A stretch of 64,000 nt of DNA from NCBI GenBank assembly GCA_963761305.1, contig CAVXGK010000001.1, positions 480,001 to 544,000 on the forward strand. The letters are read 5' to 3'. Each line of letters opens with the position of its first letter. Position 1 is the stretch's first letter. Shown in pieces: positions 18,813-30,003 of the stretch. The notes under the pieces were generated by a model. The model was not told where the DNA came from and searched no databases. It saw nothing but the letters and a program-made list of their open reading frames with translations. Position numbers and translations under genes: made by a program. Source of the stretch: an uncultured Gemmatimonadaceae bacterium. Lineage in GTDB: Bacteria > Gemmatimonadota > Gemmatimonadetes > Gemmatimonadales > Gemmatimonadaceae.

Positions 18813-19411
18813 TCCATCCTCGCCCCGTCGTGCTCGACGGCAACGGCATTCGACTCGAGCCGCTCACGCCGGATCATCGTGCTGGTCTCGCCACCGCCGC
18901 GACCGACGGCCGGCTGTGGGAGATCTGGTACACGTCGGTGCCGGCGCCCGATCAGGCGGCGGCGTACATCGAGAGTGCGCTCGCCGGGCAGCGCGACGGA
19001 CACATGCTGGCATGGGCGGTGCGCGACCTGCGAAGCGGCGAGATCATCGGCACGACGCGATATCACGACATCGTCGCTCCGATCGACCGGGTGGAGATCG
19101 GTTGGACGTGGTACGCGGCGCGGTATCAGCGCACGCACGTGAACACGACGTGCAAGCTGCTGCTTCTGACGCACGCGTTCGAGTCCTTGAAGTGCGCTGT
19201 CGTCGGTCTGAGAACCGACAACTTCAACTTCGCGTCACAGCGGGCGATCGAGCGCCTCGGGGCCAGGAAGGACGGCGTGCTTCGCCATCACATGGCGCGT
19301 CGCGACGGAACGGCGCGCGACACGCATCAGTACAGCATCATCGCGTCGGAGTGGACGGACGTGAAGCGCCACCTCGAGCTCCGGCTGGCCCGGAACGCGG
19401 CATCGACCTAG
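18809..19411 (+). CDS. GNAT N-acetyltransferase (RimJ/RimL type)
   Basis: GTGA overlap; VEIGWTWY...QRTHVNTTCKLLLL...NFASQRAIERLGA. Confidence 0.9.
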   Translation: MIHPRPVVLDGNGIRLEPLTPDHRAGLATAATDGRLWEIWYTSVPAPDQAAAYIESALAGQRDGHMLAWAVRDLRSGEIIGTTRYHDIVAPIDRVEIGWTWYAARYQRTHVNTTCKLLLLTHAFESLKCAVVGLRTDNFNFASQRAIERLGARKDGVLRHHMARRDGTARDTHQYSIIASEWTDVKRHLELRLARNAAST

Positions 19412-19889
19412 CCGCGGGTCTTCTCGGCAGCGAGAAGCTTGGCGACTTCGTCGCCGTGTCCTTCCGGCTTCACCTTTTCGAAGACCTTGGTCACCGTGCC
19501 GCGGGGATCAATGAGGAACGTCGTGCGCAAAATGCCCATGTACTTGCGCCCGTACAGCGACTTCTCGCCCCACACGCCGTACTTCACCGCAATCGCGTGG
19601 TCGACGTCGGCGATGAGGGTGTACGGAAGGTCGTACTTCTTCTTGAATTTCTGATGTGACTTCGGCGAGTCCGGGCTCACGCCGATCACCACTGCGTCGA
19701 GTCCCGTGAACCGAGGGAGGGTGTCGCGCAAGGAACACGCTTCAGTGGTGCACCCGGAGGTGTCGTCCTTGGGATAGAAAAACAGGACGACCGTTTTTCC
19801 GCGCAGCGACGAGAATTTGAGCGTCTCACCGGTATCGGTGGTGCCAGAGAAGTCGGGCGCCCGTCCGCCCTCGAGATCGCCGGGCGCGG

Positions 19890-19893
<4 letters not shown>
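19408..19893 (-). CDS. bcp: Thioredoxin-dependent peroxiredoxin (BCP)
   Basis: FFYPKDDTSGCTTEAC. Confidence 0.95.
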
Positions 19894-20810
<917 letters not shown>

Positions 20811-20851
20811 GCGCGGAAATTAACGCGCACCGGTAGCGGCGTTTGGGCTTC

Positions 20852-22390
20852 CTATGGGTTCTCCTTCCGCTCGGACGGGATCTTGACCTTTCCCGCCGCC
20901 CGGATCGCGACGGACCAGAGGAAATCCGTCTTGAGGAGCGGCACGCGCGTCGGTAATCCCGGCACCTTCTGGGTAAAGACGACCGTGTTGCCGGCGTATA
21001 CGTTCATGTCATTGCCGTAGAGCGCTCCGGTCGCGGCCACGGTGTCGGTGTCGGCTGACGGAGCAAGATAGAACGCGACGGACGCCCGGCGATGGCAGGC
21101 CATGCAATTCGTCGTCACGCCGGTCCACTGAATCGAGTCGGCGGCCTTCCCTCCCGGCTTGGGAAGCGAGCCGGACAAGCTCGACTCGAGGTACGGATTG
21201 TACGCGATGTTGGAGCCGCCGGTCGGCGTCAGCATCGAGTACGCCACCGTCATGTTGTAGTGATTCCACGGCGGTGGAATCGTCTTGGGCCGGTCGGCGC
21301 CGAACTGCGGGTCGTTCGGATTGTAGCCCCACCAGAACGACTGCCACGTCCAGTTCGGAATCTCCTTTCCCGTCGTGTGCATCGCCATCAGCAGGCCGAT
21401 GTTCCCCGGACGCACGGCCTGCAAGACGGCTTCCCAACTCGTGTCGTTCGCGACGCCGATGAAATCGCCGTTCGCCGCGCCGAACTGGCTGAAGTTGATC
21501 GAATCCTCCACCGTGATGCGTTGCCAGTAGAACGCCGAGAGCGGAACGACTTTGCACCACTTGTAGCCCTCGTCGTTCACGGGCAGCAGAATCGAATCGC
21601 CGGGCTGTAGCTTGCCCGTCGGATCCACCGCCACTGCCTGGCGCCACGTGGACGCGATCGGGTTCGCCGAGTCGGTCGTGGCGGCGCTGCTGTCGCCGTT
21701 CCAGTACGGGACTGCGGTGACTTCGCTCCCCGAGATGAACTGGTAGACGGGCTTGAGCACGAACGAGCTCGAGTCAGTCGAGTCTTTCGACGTCAGAATC
21801 GCGCGCGAGACGAGCGGCGTGTTGTTCTTCGTGAACGCCGCGTTCGTATCGGCGAGCGTCTGGGCGTAGTTCAGCCTGTTCTTCCAGATGAACTGCGCGG
21901 TCGACGCGGTGAAGCGGTTGAACGCGAAGACACGCTCCGCCGGATCGAACGGGATGCCGTTCGCCGCGCGCTTGGCGATCATCGACGGGTGCATCGCGTT
22001 GCGCCGAATCCCGAATTGCACGACACCGTGCTTCGCCCGCGCCAGCACGTGCGTCTCGTTCGTCTCCTCGAACAGCTCGTGGCCGGAGAACCAGGTCTGC
22101 CAGACCGGGCGATTGTAAGGCGTGGCCGAGGTGATCGATTGCCAGATGTCCCATCCGTGGAATCGAATGGCCTTGGTATTTCCGTTGGCGATCCAGTTCT
22201 GGATGATGGCGTTCTTCGACGGATAGGTCCGCACGCGCGGCGCCGGCACGTAGCTGTATGAATCGGCCGGCACGGCGGCGGCCTCCGACGCGGGCGGGGT
22301 CGCAGCCGAGCCGCGGTCGCACGCGGCGATGGCGACGACGAACAGCGAGAGTACGACGACGATGGGGAGTCCTGCGCGTCTGATGTTCAT
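20852..22390 (-). CDS. Lipoprotein with a single c-type haem motif
   Basis: Lipobox IAAC; NCMACH (CxxCH); MHTTGKEIPNWTWQSFWW; C-terminal DFLWS. Confidence 0.7.
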   Translation of the reverse strand: MNIRRAGLPIVVVLSLFVVAIAACDRGSAATPPASEAAAVPADSYSYVPAPRVRTYPSKNAIIQNWIANGNTKAIRFHGWDIWQSITSATPYNRPVWQTWFSGHELFEETNETHVLARAKHGVVQFGIRRNAMHPSMIAKRAANGIPFDPAERVFAFNRFTASTAQFIWKNRLNYAQTLADTNAAFTKNNTPLVSRAILTSKDSTDSSSFVLKPVYQFISGSEVTAVPYWNGDSSAATTDSANPIASTWRQAVAVDPTGKLQPGDSILLPVNDEGYKWCKVVPLSAFYWQRITVEDSINFSQFGAANGDFIGVANDTSWEAVLQAVRPGNIGLLMAMHTTGKEIPNWTWQSFWWGYNPNDPQFGADRPKTIPPPWNHYNMTVAYSMLTPTGGSNIAYNPYLESSLSGSLPKPGGKAADSIQWTGVTTNCMACHRRASVAFYLAPSADTDTVAATGALYGNDMNVYAGNTVVFTQKVPGLPTRVPLLKTDFLWSVAIRAAGKVKIPSERKENP

Positions 22391-22391
22391 C

Positions 22392-22423
22392 GGTGGACCG
22401 GTGGACGGGTGGACGGGTGGACC
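22392..22423. repeat. 8-bp tandem repeat GGTGGAC(C/G) x4
   Basis: Read directly; intergenic. Confidence 0.9.
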
Positions 22424-22434
22424 GCGGATCGGTG

Positions 22435-24828
22435 CTACTTCAGACCGACTTGCTTCAGCAGGCGGGAAAAGCGCGGATCGTGGGCGATGAACGGGAAACT
22501 GTCGAAGTAGAGAAGCTGCGAGAGCTGCCCCTCGCCGGCTTTCACCGCATAGTCGATCCAGTGAAACGCGCGGTCGCCGTCGTGAAGACGATCGTAGATG
22601 CGCGCCGTGTAGACGCCGCAGACGGGACGCGTCTTGGAGATCGAATCGAGGCGGGTGCCGATTTCATAGGCGGACTTTCGGTCGCCGGTCACGGCGTACA
22701 CCTCGCCGAGATACGCGAGCACGAGCGTGCTCGACGGATTCAACTCGACGGCGCGTTTCGCCTCGGCGACTGCCTCGGCGGGCTGCCCGGCGTGGGCGAG
22801 CGCCACCGAGAGCCAGGCGTGAGGAAAATAGTATTCCGGATCCAGCGCGATCGCGGATCGCAGTGGAGCGATCGCGTCGGCGTAGTGTCCGGCTCCGACG
22901 CGAACCATCCCCACCGACTGCGCGATCGGCGGCGAGAGCGGGTCGAGATGCTGGGCCCGTTTCGCTTCCAGTTCCGCCCGTGCGGTGTCGGTGCGAATGA
23001 GCATCAGCGCATAGAAGTAGTGCGCCAGCGGGTACGACGGATCGAGCGCGATCGCGCGGTCGAACTCGGCGGCGGCGCCGGCGAAGTCCACGTCGTGCAG
23101 GAACCGTACGCTTCCGAGCGACGTATGCGCTTCGGCGAGCGACGAGTCGAGCGCGAGAGCGCGGCGCGCGGCCGCCTCGCCCTTGTCGAACGTCTCCCTC
23201 GGCGGCGCGTAGAGGTTCAGCGCCTCGAGGATGTAGACGTCGGCCAGTCCAGCCCAGGCGCGTGCGTACGCCGGGTCTCGATCGACCGCCTTGTGAAACC
23301 AGCTCGCCGCTTCGTCCAGCGACCGGGGTGTCCGCGTGTCGACGGCGTGTCGTCCGCGCATGTACATCTCGTAGGCCGCGACGTCTTCCGTGGAGCGTCG
23401 CACGATGGCGCGCTGCCCGCCTAGTTGCAGCTTGATCGCCGAGACGATTGCTTCGGCGATCTGCTCCTGCATGACGAACACGTCGCTCAGGTTCCGGTCG
23501 TACGTGTTGTTCCAAATGATGCCGCCGTTGGCGACGTTCACGAGATCGACCGACACGCGCACGTGGTCGCCCGCTTTGCGAACCGTACCCTCGAGCACCG
23601 CGTCGACGTCGAGCGCGTGGCCCATCTTCTTGATGTCGGTGCCCTGTGACTTCACGGCGTACGACGACGCGCGCGCAGCGACGCGAAGCTGCTTGAGCGC
23701 GGCGAGCGCGCCCATCAACTCGTCGGTCATGCCGGCGCTGAAGTACTCCTGATCCTTGTCGTTGCTCTCGTTCGTGAACGGCAGCACGGCGATCGATCGC
23801 GGCGGCGCGGCGGCGGCCGCCTTCGAGCGATAGTTCCGGGCCGCTTGGGTCGTCACGACCGCCGCGACGAAAATGGCCACGAACGCGGCGACGCGTCGCC
23901 TTCGTGCGCGCGTCTTCACCGCCGAGGACGACGCAGCGGTCGCCGACATCGGTGCCGTCGTCGACAGCGCGGGATCGCTCGAAACGGACGCTTGCCCCAG
24001 CGCCGCCGCGAACGCCGCCGCGGTCGGGAATCGGTCGTTGGGATTCTTCGCCAGCGCGCGCTGGACCACTGCGTCAAGGTCCGGAGAGACAGTCGACCGG
24101 AGCCGGCGCGCGCTCGGAACCGGATCGGTGAATCGCTTGGCGATCACTGCTTGAAGCGACTTGCCGACGTAGGGCGGCTCGCCGGTCAGCATCTCATATA
24201 AGACGGAGCCGAGGCTGTAGACGTCGGTGCGCGCGTCGAGGTGCTCGCCCGTGGACTGCTCGGGGCTCATGTAGAGCGCGGTGCCGACCGTGACACCCGT
24301 GCGCGTGAGCGACTCGGCGCCCGCCGCCGCTTCGGTACTCTTGGCCAGCCCGAAGTCGGTGACGACTGCGCTGCCGCCGCTGAACAGGATGTTTTCGGGC
24401 TTGATGTCGCGGTGAATGACGCCCTTTGCGTGGGCGTAGGCCAAGGCGCCGGCGACCTCGCCGGCGATTCGGATGGCCTCGTCGATCGGCAACGTGTGCT
24501 CCCGCTCGAGACGGTCGCGGAGCGAGTGCCCGTCGAGGACGGGCATGGCGAACCAGAGCGCGCCGTCGTGCTCGCCCGAGTCCAGCAGCGGCACGATGTG
24601 CGGGTGCGTCAGCTTGGCCGCGACGGCGATCTCGCGCTGGAAGCGATCCGTCCCGACGCCGTGCGAGATCTCCGGACTGATTACTTTGATCGCGACGTCG
24701 CGATGGTAGCGCTCGTCCCGGGCGAGGTAGACCGTCGCCATACCGCCATGCCCGAGCTCACGTCCGAGGACGTATCGCTCCGAGAAGTAGTCCGGGACCG
24801 GCCCGCCCTCGTCGGCGTGGTCGATCAT
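22435..24828 (-). CDS. Hanks-type Ser/Thr protein kinase with TM, TolB-like and TPR regions
   Basis: GHGGMATVY, VAIK, HRDIKPENI, DFGLAK, YMSPEQ; SIAVLPF; TPR helices. Confidence 0.95.
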   Translation of the reverse strand: MIDHADEGGPVPDYFSERYVLGRELGHGGMATVYLARDERYHRDVAIKVISPEISHGVGTDRFQREIAVAAKLTHPHIVPLLDSGEHDGALWFAMPVLDGHSLRDRLEREHTLPIDEAIRIAGEVAGALAYAHAKGVIHRDIKPENILFSGGSAVVTDFGLAKSTEAAAGAESLTRTGVTVGTALYMSPEQSTGEHLDARTDVYSLGSVLYEMLTGEPPYVGKSLQAVIAKRFTDPVPSARRLRSTVSPDLDAVVQRALAKNPNDRFPTAAAFAAALGQASVSSDPALSTTAPMSATAASSSAVKTRARRRRVAAFVAIFVAAVVTTQAARNYRSKAAAAAPPRSIAVLPFTNESNDKDQEYFSAGMTDELMGALAALKQLRVAARASSYAVKSQGTDIKKMGHALDVDAVLEGTVRKAGDHVRVSVDLVNVANGGIIWNNTYDRNLSDVFVMQEQIAEAIVSAIKLQLGGQRAIVRRSTEDVAAYEMYMRGRHAVDTRTPRSLDEAASWFHKAVDRDPAYARAWAGLADVYILEALNLYAPPRETFDKGEAAARRALALDSSLAEAHTSLGSVRFLHDVDFAGAAAEFDRAIALDPSYPLAHYFYALMLIRTDTARAELEAKRAQHLDPLSPPIAQSVGMVRVGAGHYADAIAPLRSAIALDPEYYFPHAWLSVALAHAGQPAEAVAEAKRAVELNPSSTLVLAYLGEVYAVTGDRKSAYEIGTRLDSISKTRPVCGVYTARIYDRLHDGDRAFHWIDYAVKAGEGQLSQLLYFDSFPFIAHDPRFSRLLKQVGLK

Positions 24829-25241
24829 GCCTTCGCCGGACCCGGCGAGTATCCGTGAATCTCGACCTCCCCGCGATTGGTCGGCGACGGCAAGTCGGCG
24901 GCGTGGAGCGTGACGATCAGCCTGGCGTCGGGCGGCATGGGAAGCCAGAACGCCTGCGAGTTGCAGATGACGCTCGACCCAGTCGGGTCACCGGCGATCA
25001 TCAGCGAAAAGAAATCCCGCTGGCCCGACGCCGCCTCCGACGCCACGTGCCAATAGGCCAGCGGCGAGTTCTTTCCGGACAATGCGGCCCACGCGAAAAC
25101 GAGAATGTTCGTCGCCGTCGAGGGGACCACCGCCGTCGGAATCGGGAGCGCGACGGTCTTGATGCGAAACGGGAGGGGGCCCAGGATGGCGGCGGGGATC
25201 TTGTTCGGCTCGACCGGAATCCAGGAGGAGGGAGACGCCAA
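24825..25241 (-). CDS. Hypothetical protein
   Basis: ATGA overlap with the kinase start; start uncertain (TTG 25241 chosen). Confidence 0.5.
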   Translation of the reverse strand: MASPSSWIPVEPNKIPAAILGPLPFRIKTVALPIPTAVVPSTATNILVFAWAALSGKNSPLAYWHVASEAASGQRDFFSLMIAGDPTGSSVICNSQAFWLPMPPDARLIVTLHAADLPSPTNRGEVEIHGYSPGPAKA

Positions 25242-25266
25242 GCGGGACTCGGAGAGGCGGAGGGAT

Positions 25267-25458
25267 GAAGACAAAGAGCGAAGGTGACAAACACCGAAGG
25301 TAACAAAACGCGAAACTAACAAACAGCGAAGCTAACAAACAGCGAAGCTAACAAACAGCGAAGCTAACAAACAGCGAAACTAACAAACAAAGGAACTAAC
25401 AAACAAAGAAACTAACAAACAAAGAAACTAACAAACAGCGACACTAACAAACAGCGAG
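25267..25458. repeat. A-rich 16-bp tandem array, about 11-12 copies
   Basis: Units (A/G)CTAACAAACAGCGAA and ACTAACAAACAAAGAA; no unique spacers. Confidence 0.95.
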
Positions 25459-25475
25459 AAGAGCGATCTGGAGTT

Positions 25476-27005
25476 CTAGAGGATGTATCTCCGAAGATCC
25501 TCGTCGTCGACGATCGTCTTCAACCGCTCCCTCACCACGACGGCGTCGACGAAAATCGTGTCCTTCCCTCGGTCCGGCAGGTCGAACAACACGTCCTCGA
25601 GGAGCGTCGTCATCACGGTGTGCAGACGCCTGGCGCCGATGTTCTCCATCCGTTCGTTCACCATCGCGGCGATGCGTGCGATCTCGGCGATGCCGCTCTC
25701 GGCGAATTCGAGCGTCGCGCCTTCGGCTTCGACGAGCGCGGCGTACTGTTTTGTAAGCGCGTTTTCCGGCTCGGTCATGATGCGCACGAAATCCTTCTCC
25801 GTGAGCGGCTTGAGCTCGACGCGGATCGGGAACCGGCCCTGTAGCTCTGGAATCAGATCGCTCGGCTTCGACACGTGGAACGCGCCGGCGGCGATGAAGA
25901 GCACGTGATCGGTCTTCACCATGCCGTATTTCGTCTGCACGTTCGAGCCTTCGACGATCGGCAGGAGGTCGCGCTGCACGCCTTCGCGTGACACGTCGGG
26001 GCCGCCCATCTGCGAGCGCTCGCCGGCGATCTTGTCGATCTCGTCGAGGAAGATGATGCCGAGCTTCTCGACGCGATCCAGCGCGTCGGCCGTCACGTCC
26101 TCCAAGTCGATCAACTTCTCGAGCTCCTGCTCGAACAGGATGCGCCGAGCCTCGGCAACCTTCACCGTGCGCTTCTTCTTGCGCTTGGGCAGCATCTCCT
26201 TGAGCATGTCGGCGAAGTTGTCCATCCCCTCCGGCGCGCCTTGCGACGCGAGCACGTCGAACATCGGGCTCGCCTGTGGCGTCACCTCGACTTCCACCTC
26301 GCGCTCCTCGAGCCGGCCGTCGAGCAGGAGCTGGCGAAGCTTGTCGCGCGTCCGCTTGTAACGCTCCTGCGCTACGTCGACCGTCTCTTTCGTGACCGTG
26401 CCGGCGCCGGAGACGAGGAAGACGCCCAATGCATCGTCGTCCGTCGGCGTGACTCGCGGCGGCGCCGCGGGAGGCGGCGGCTCGTGGGCCGCGCCGTCGG
26501 TCGGCGCCGGAGAGGTGGCGTTGCCAGCGCCGGGGTGCGGCCCCTGCGCGCTGGGCGGCGGAAGCAAAAGATCGAGCAGGCGTTCGTCGACGCGTTCGTG
26601 AGCCAGATCCTCGACCTCCGACTCGCGCTCGCTGCGCACCATGTCGATCGCGCTCTCGACGAGGTCGCGCACCATCGACTCGACGTCGCGGCCGACGTAG
26701 CCGACCTCGGTGAACTTCGACGCTTCGACCTTGATGAACGGCGCGCCGGCCAGCTTGGCGAGGCGTCGCGCGATCTCGGTCTTCCCGACGCCGGTCGGTC
26801 CGATGAGGATGATGTTGTTCGGCGAGATCTCCTCGCGAATCGAATCGGGCGCGCGCTGGCGGCGCCACCTGTTCCGGAGCGCGATCGCAACGGCCTTCTT
26901 GGCTTCCGCCTGGCCGACGATGTACCGATCGAGCTCCGCGGCGATCTGGCGCGGGGTGAGGTCGGCGAGACGGGCGAGCGTTTGTTGCGTGCGGCTGGAC
27001 GGCAT
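25476..27005 (-). CDS. hslU: ATP-dependent protease ATPase subunit HslU
   Basis: GPTGVGKTEIARRLA, KFTEVGYVG, DVSREGVQRDLLP, ELQGRFPIRVEL, DLRRYIL. Confidence 0.98.
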   Translation of the reverse strand: MPSSRTQQTLARLADLTPRQIAAELDRYIVGQAEAKKAVAIALRNRWRRQRAPDSIREEISPNNIILIGPTGVGKTEIARRLAKLAGAPFIKVEASKFTEVGYVGRDVESMVRDLVESAIDMVRSERESEVEDLAHERVDERLLDLLLPPPSAQGPHPGAGNATSPAPTDGAAHEPPPPAAPPRVTPTDDDALGVFLVSGAGTVTKETVDVAQERYKRTRDKLRQLLLDGRLEEREVEVEVTPQASPMFDVLASQGAPEGMDNFADMLKEMLPKRKKKRTVKVAEARRILFEQELEKLIDLEDVTADALDRVEKLGIIFLDEIDKIAGERSQMGGPDVSREGVQRDLLPIVEGSNVQTKYGMVKTDHVLFIAAGAFHVSKPSDLIPELQGRFPIRVELKPLTEKDFVRIMTEPENALTKQYAALVEAEGATLEFAESGIAEIARIAAMVNERMENIGARRLHTVMTTLLEDVLFDLPDRGKDTIFVDAVVVRERLKTIVDDEDLRRYIL

Positions 27006-27009
27006 GCGG

Positions 27010-27570
27010 TCAGGACGATTCCAGAACTGTAATATTCGTGTTCGTGTAGATGCAGATCTCGCCGGCGATGTTCATCGCCCGCTTGACGATCTCGTTCGCG
27101 TCGAGCGGCGTCGTGCCGGCGAGCGCTCGGGCGGCGGCGAGCGCGTACGACCCGCCCGACCCGATCGCCAGGATGCCGTCGTCCGGCTCGATGAGCTCGC
27201 CCGTCCCCGACACGATGAATCCGTGGTCCTTGTCGGCGATGATCAACATCGCCTCGAGCCGCCGCAGCACGCGGTCGCTCCGCCAATCCTTGGCGAGCTC
27301 CACCGCGGCGCGCGGCAGGTTTCCCGGATAGCGCTCGAGCTTCTCCTCGAATTTCTCGAACAGCGTCATCGCGTCGGCGGCCGCGCCAGCGAAGCCCGCG
27401 ACCACCTTCCCGCCGCGAAGGACCCGCACCTTCTGCGCGTGCGACTTCATCACGGTCTCGCCGACCGTCACCTGCCCGTCGCCGCCGATGGCGACCTTGC
27501 CGTCGCGCCGCACGGCCAGAATCGTCGTGGCACGGATGCGCGGCAGACTCCCGTCGTTCTCGTTCGACAT
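27010..27570 (-). CDS. hslV: ATP-dependent protease subunit HslV
   Basis: [29 protein letters not shown]. Confidence 0.97.
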   Translation of the reverse strand: MSNENDGSLPRIRATTILAVRRDGKVAIGGDGQVTVGETVMKSHAQKVRVLRGGKVVAGFAGAAADAMTLFEKFEEKLERYPGNLPRAAVELAKDWRSDRVLRRLEAMLIIADKDHGFIVSGTGELIEPDDGILAIGSGGSYALAAARALAGTTPLDANEIVKRAMNIAGEICIYTNTNITVLESS

Positions 27571-27614
27571 ATCACGTAACCTAGCGCGGGCGGCGAGTGC
27601 TCCCGGGGCGCCCG

Positions 27615-28622
27615 TCAGGCGCGCGGGTGGGCCTTCTGGTACACCTGTTTGAGCCGCTCGACGCTCGTGTGGGTGTAAATCTGAGTCGTCGAGACGGATG
27701 CGTGGCCGAGCAGCTCCTGCACCGCCCGCAGGTCGGCGCCCGCGTCGAGCAGATGGGTGGCGAACGTGTGACGAAGCGAGTGGACGCTGAGCCCGGCGTC
27801 CTCGTCGATCCGACGCAGGAAGCCCGTTACCACCTTCTGCACAGCGCGAACGCCGATGCGACGGCCCGTCCGCGTGAGGAACACCGCGCTTCGGTCGCCA
27901 CCTCGGCCAACCGACCGCAACAGCTCGTCTCGCGCACGCTCGTAGTTGCGGAGAGCGAGAATCGCGTGGTCGCCCACCGGCACGATGCGCTCCTTGCGCC
28001 CCTTGCCGCGCACCTTCGCCTGCTGTGTCACCATGTCGAGATCGCCGCGGCCGAGTCCTTGGAGCTCGGACAAGCGAATGCCGGTCGAGTAGAAGAGCTC
28101 CAGGATCGCCAGGTTGCGGACGTCGACGAACCGTCCTTCCCACGCGCGCACTTCGGCCATCTGAAACAGCAAGTCGATCTGCGCGCGGTCGAGATACGCC
28201 GGCAAGTGCTTCTCCAGCCTCGGCGCGCCGACCGCTCGCGCAGGATTGGCGTCGACGATCTCGCTGCGATGGAGATAGCGATAGAAGCTGCGCACCCCCG
28301 ACAGCGTTCTCGCCATGGACCGCTTCGATAGATTCCGCCGCGCGAGGTGGCCGAGGAATCCGCGCATCGCGATCCGGTCGACGCCCTGCCAGGTCCACGC
28401 GGCCTCCGAGTAGTATTTGCCGAGGAAGCGTACGAACTCGCTGAGATCGCGATCGTAGGCGCGGACGGTGTTCGGCGACACGTCTCGCTCCTTCGCGAGA
28501 TGGTCGAGAAAGTCGCGGACTTCGTTTCGACGCGGTTCGTCGTGCACGGCGTCGGACGTGCCGCTCACGCCGACGCTCGTTCCGGTGCCGCGAGCCCCGT
28601 GAGCGTGATCGACTCGCGCCAT
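27615..28622 (-). CDS. xerC: Tyrosine recombinase XerC
   Basis: [37 protein letters not shown]; trmFO-xerC-hslV context; start may be downstream. Confidence 0.92.
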   Translation of the reverse strand: MARVDHAHGARGTGTSVGVSGTSDAVHDEPRRNEVRDFLDHLAKERDVSPNTVRAYDRDLSEFVRFLGKYYSEAAWTWQGVDRIAMRGFLGHLARRNLSKRSMARTLSGVRSFYRYLHRSEIVDANPARAVGAPRLEKHLPAYLDRAQIDLLFQMAEVRAWEGRFVDVRNLAILELFYSTGIRLSELQGLGRGDLDMVTQQAKVRGKGRKERIVPVGDHAILALRNYERARDELLRSVGRGGDRSAVFLTRTGRRIGVRAVQKVVTGFLRRIDEDAGLSVHSLRHTFATHLLDAGADLRAVQELLGHASVSTTQIYTHTSVERLKQVYQKAHPRA

Positions 28623-29923
28623 TCCGCCATCGCGGTGAGCGCACGCTCGGCGAACCGCTCTCGTTTGACGCGCTTGTCCTTGATGCGCTCAGTCAGATCG
28701 TCCAGCAGACCGAAGTTGGCGTTCATCGGCTGGAAGTGCGCCGGCTCGGCCTCGCGCAGATACCGGTACAGCGCGCCGATCATCGTCGTGGGCGGCGGAA
28801 TCACCGGCGCGTCGCCCGCGAGCATGCGCGAGAGATTGATCGCGGCGAGCAAGCCGGTGGCGGTGCTCTCGGTGTAGCCCTCGACGCCGGTGAGTTGTCC
28901 GGCGAAGAGCGTCATCGGATCGTCGCGCAGCGACAGATGCGGCGTGAGCGACGCCGGCGAATTCACGTAGGCGTTTCGGTGGATCGATCCGAAGCGGAGG
29001 AATTCGGCGTTCTCGAGCCCCGGCAGCAGTCGAAACACTCGCTGCTGCTCCGGAATGCGGAGCCGAGTCTGGAAGCCGACGATGTTCCACATCCGTCCGC
29101 CGCGATCTTCCATGCGGAGTTGGGCAACGGCATACGCGTCGCGACCGGTGCGCGGATCGCGAAGACCGACGGGCTTCATTGGCCCGAAGCGAAGCGTCTC
29201 GCGGCCGCGGCGCGCCATCTCCTCGACGGGCATGCAGCCCTCGAAGTACGGCACCTCGTCGAACTCGTGGCCGTGGTGCTGATCGGCGGCGACGAGCGCG
29301 TCGACAAATGTTTCATACTGTTCGCGCGTGAACGGACAGTTGATGTACGCGCCACCCTCGGCGTCGTCCATCGTCTCCTTGCCGTACCGTGACGCCCGAA
29401 AGACGATCGACTCGTCGATCGACTCGTGGGCGACGATCGGCGCGATCGAGTCGTAGAACGCGAGCGATTCGACACCGAGCCGCGCACGAATGGACTCGGC
29501 GAGCGCGTCGGAGGTGAGCGGCCCCGTGGCGACGATGCCCGGGCTGGGCAGATCGGCGACTTCTTCGCGCACGATGGTGATTCTGGGATGCGACGTAACG
29601 CGCTCGTGCACCGTCGACGAGAACACGTCGCGATCGACGGCGAGCGCGGTACCGCCGGGAACGCGCGCCTGGTCGGCACCCCACAACACGACCGATCCGA
29701 GCAGCCGCATCTCGGCTTTGAGCAATCCGTGCGCGTTGGTCGTCTCGGTGCTCTTGAACGTGTTCGAGCAGACCAGCTCGGCGAGCCGGTCGGTCTTGTG
29801 CGCGGGAGTTCCGCGCACGCCGCGCATCTCGTGCACGACCACGTCGTGCCCGCGCTCGGCGAGCTGCCACGCGGCCTCGCTCCCGGCGAGGCCGCCGCCA
29901 ACGATGTGAATCGGTCCCGTCAT
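28565..29923 (-). CDS. trmFO: Folate/FAD-dependent tRNA m5U54 methyltransferase
   Basis: [37 protein letters not shown]. Confidence 0.97.
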   Translation of the reverse strand: MTGPIHIVGGGLAGSEAAWQLAERGHDVVVHEMRGVRGTPAHKTDRLAELVCSNTFKSTETTNAHGLLKAEMRLLGSVVLWGADQARVPGGTALAVDRDVFSSTVHERVTSHPRITIVREEVADLPSPGIVATGPLTSDALAESIRARLGVESLAFYDSIAPIVAHESIDESIVFRASRYGKETMDDAEGGAYINCPFTREQYETFVDALVAADQHHGHEFDEVPYFEGCMPVEEMARRGRETLRFGPMKPVGLRDPRTGRDAYAVAQLRMEDRGGRMWNIVGFQTRLRIPEQQRVFRLLPGLENAEFLRFGSIHRNAYVNSPASLTPHLSLRDDPMTLFAGQLTGVEGYTESTATGLLAAINLSRMLAGDAPVIPPPTTMIGALYRYLREAEPAHFQPMNANFGLLDDLTERIKDKRVKRERFAERALTAMAEWRESITLTGLAAPERASA

Positions 29924-29953
29924 TCGGCCAGAGCGGCAGGACGCGAAACAGCG

Positions 29954-29995
29954 AGACGTCTGACGTCAGATGTCAGACGTCTGACGTCAGATTTC
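29954..29995. repeat. 7-bp tandem repeat (A/T)GACGTC x6
   Basis: AGACGTC TGACGTC AGATGTC AGACGTC TGACGTC AGATTTC. Confidence 0.85.
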
Positions 29996-30003
29996 TCGAT
30001 CAT

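Noticed and set aside
25267..25458. CRISPR array
   Set aside because: Contiguous 16-bp units with no unique spacers, and no cas genes in the window
27615..28622. Phage or island integrase, or integron integrase
   Set aside because: Housekeeping trmFO-xerC-hslVU context; no IntI-specific insertion or att array seen
27010..28644. 544-aa extended HslV
   Set aside because: The upstream part is an alternative frame overlapping xerC; the real HslV starts at 27570
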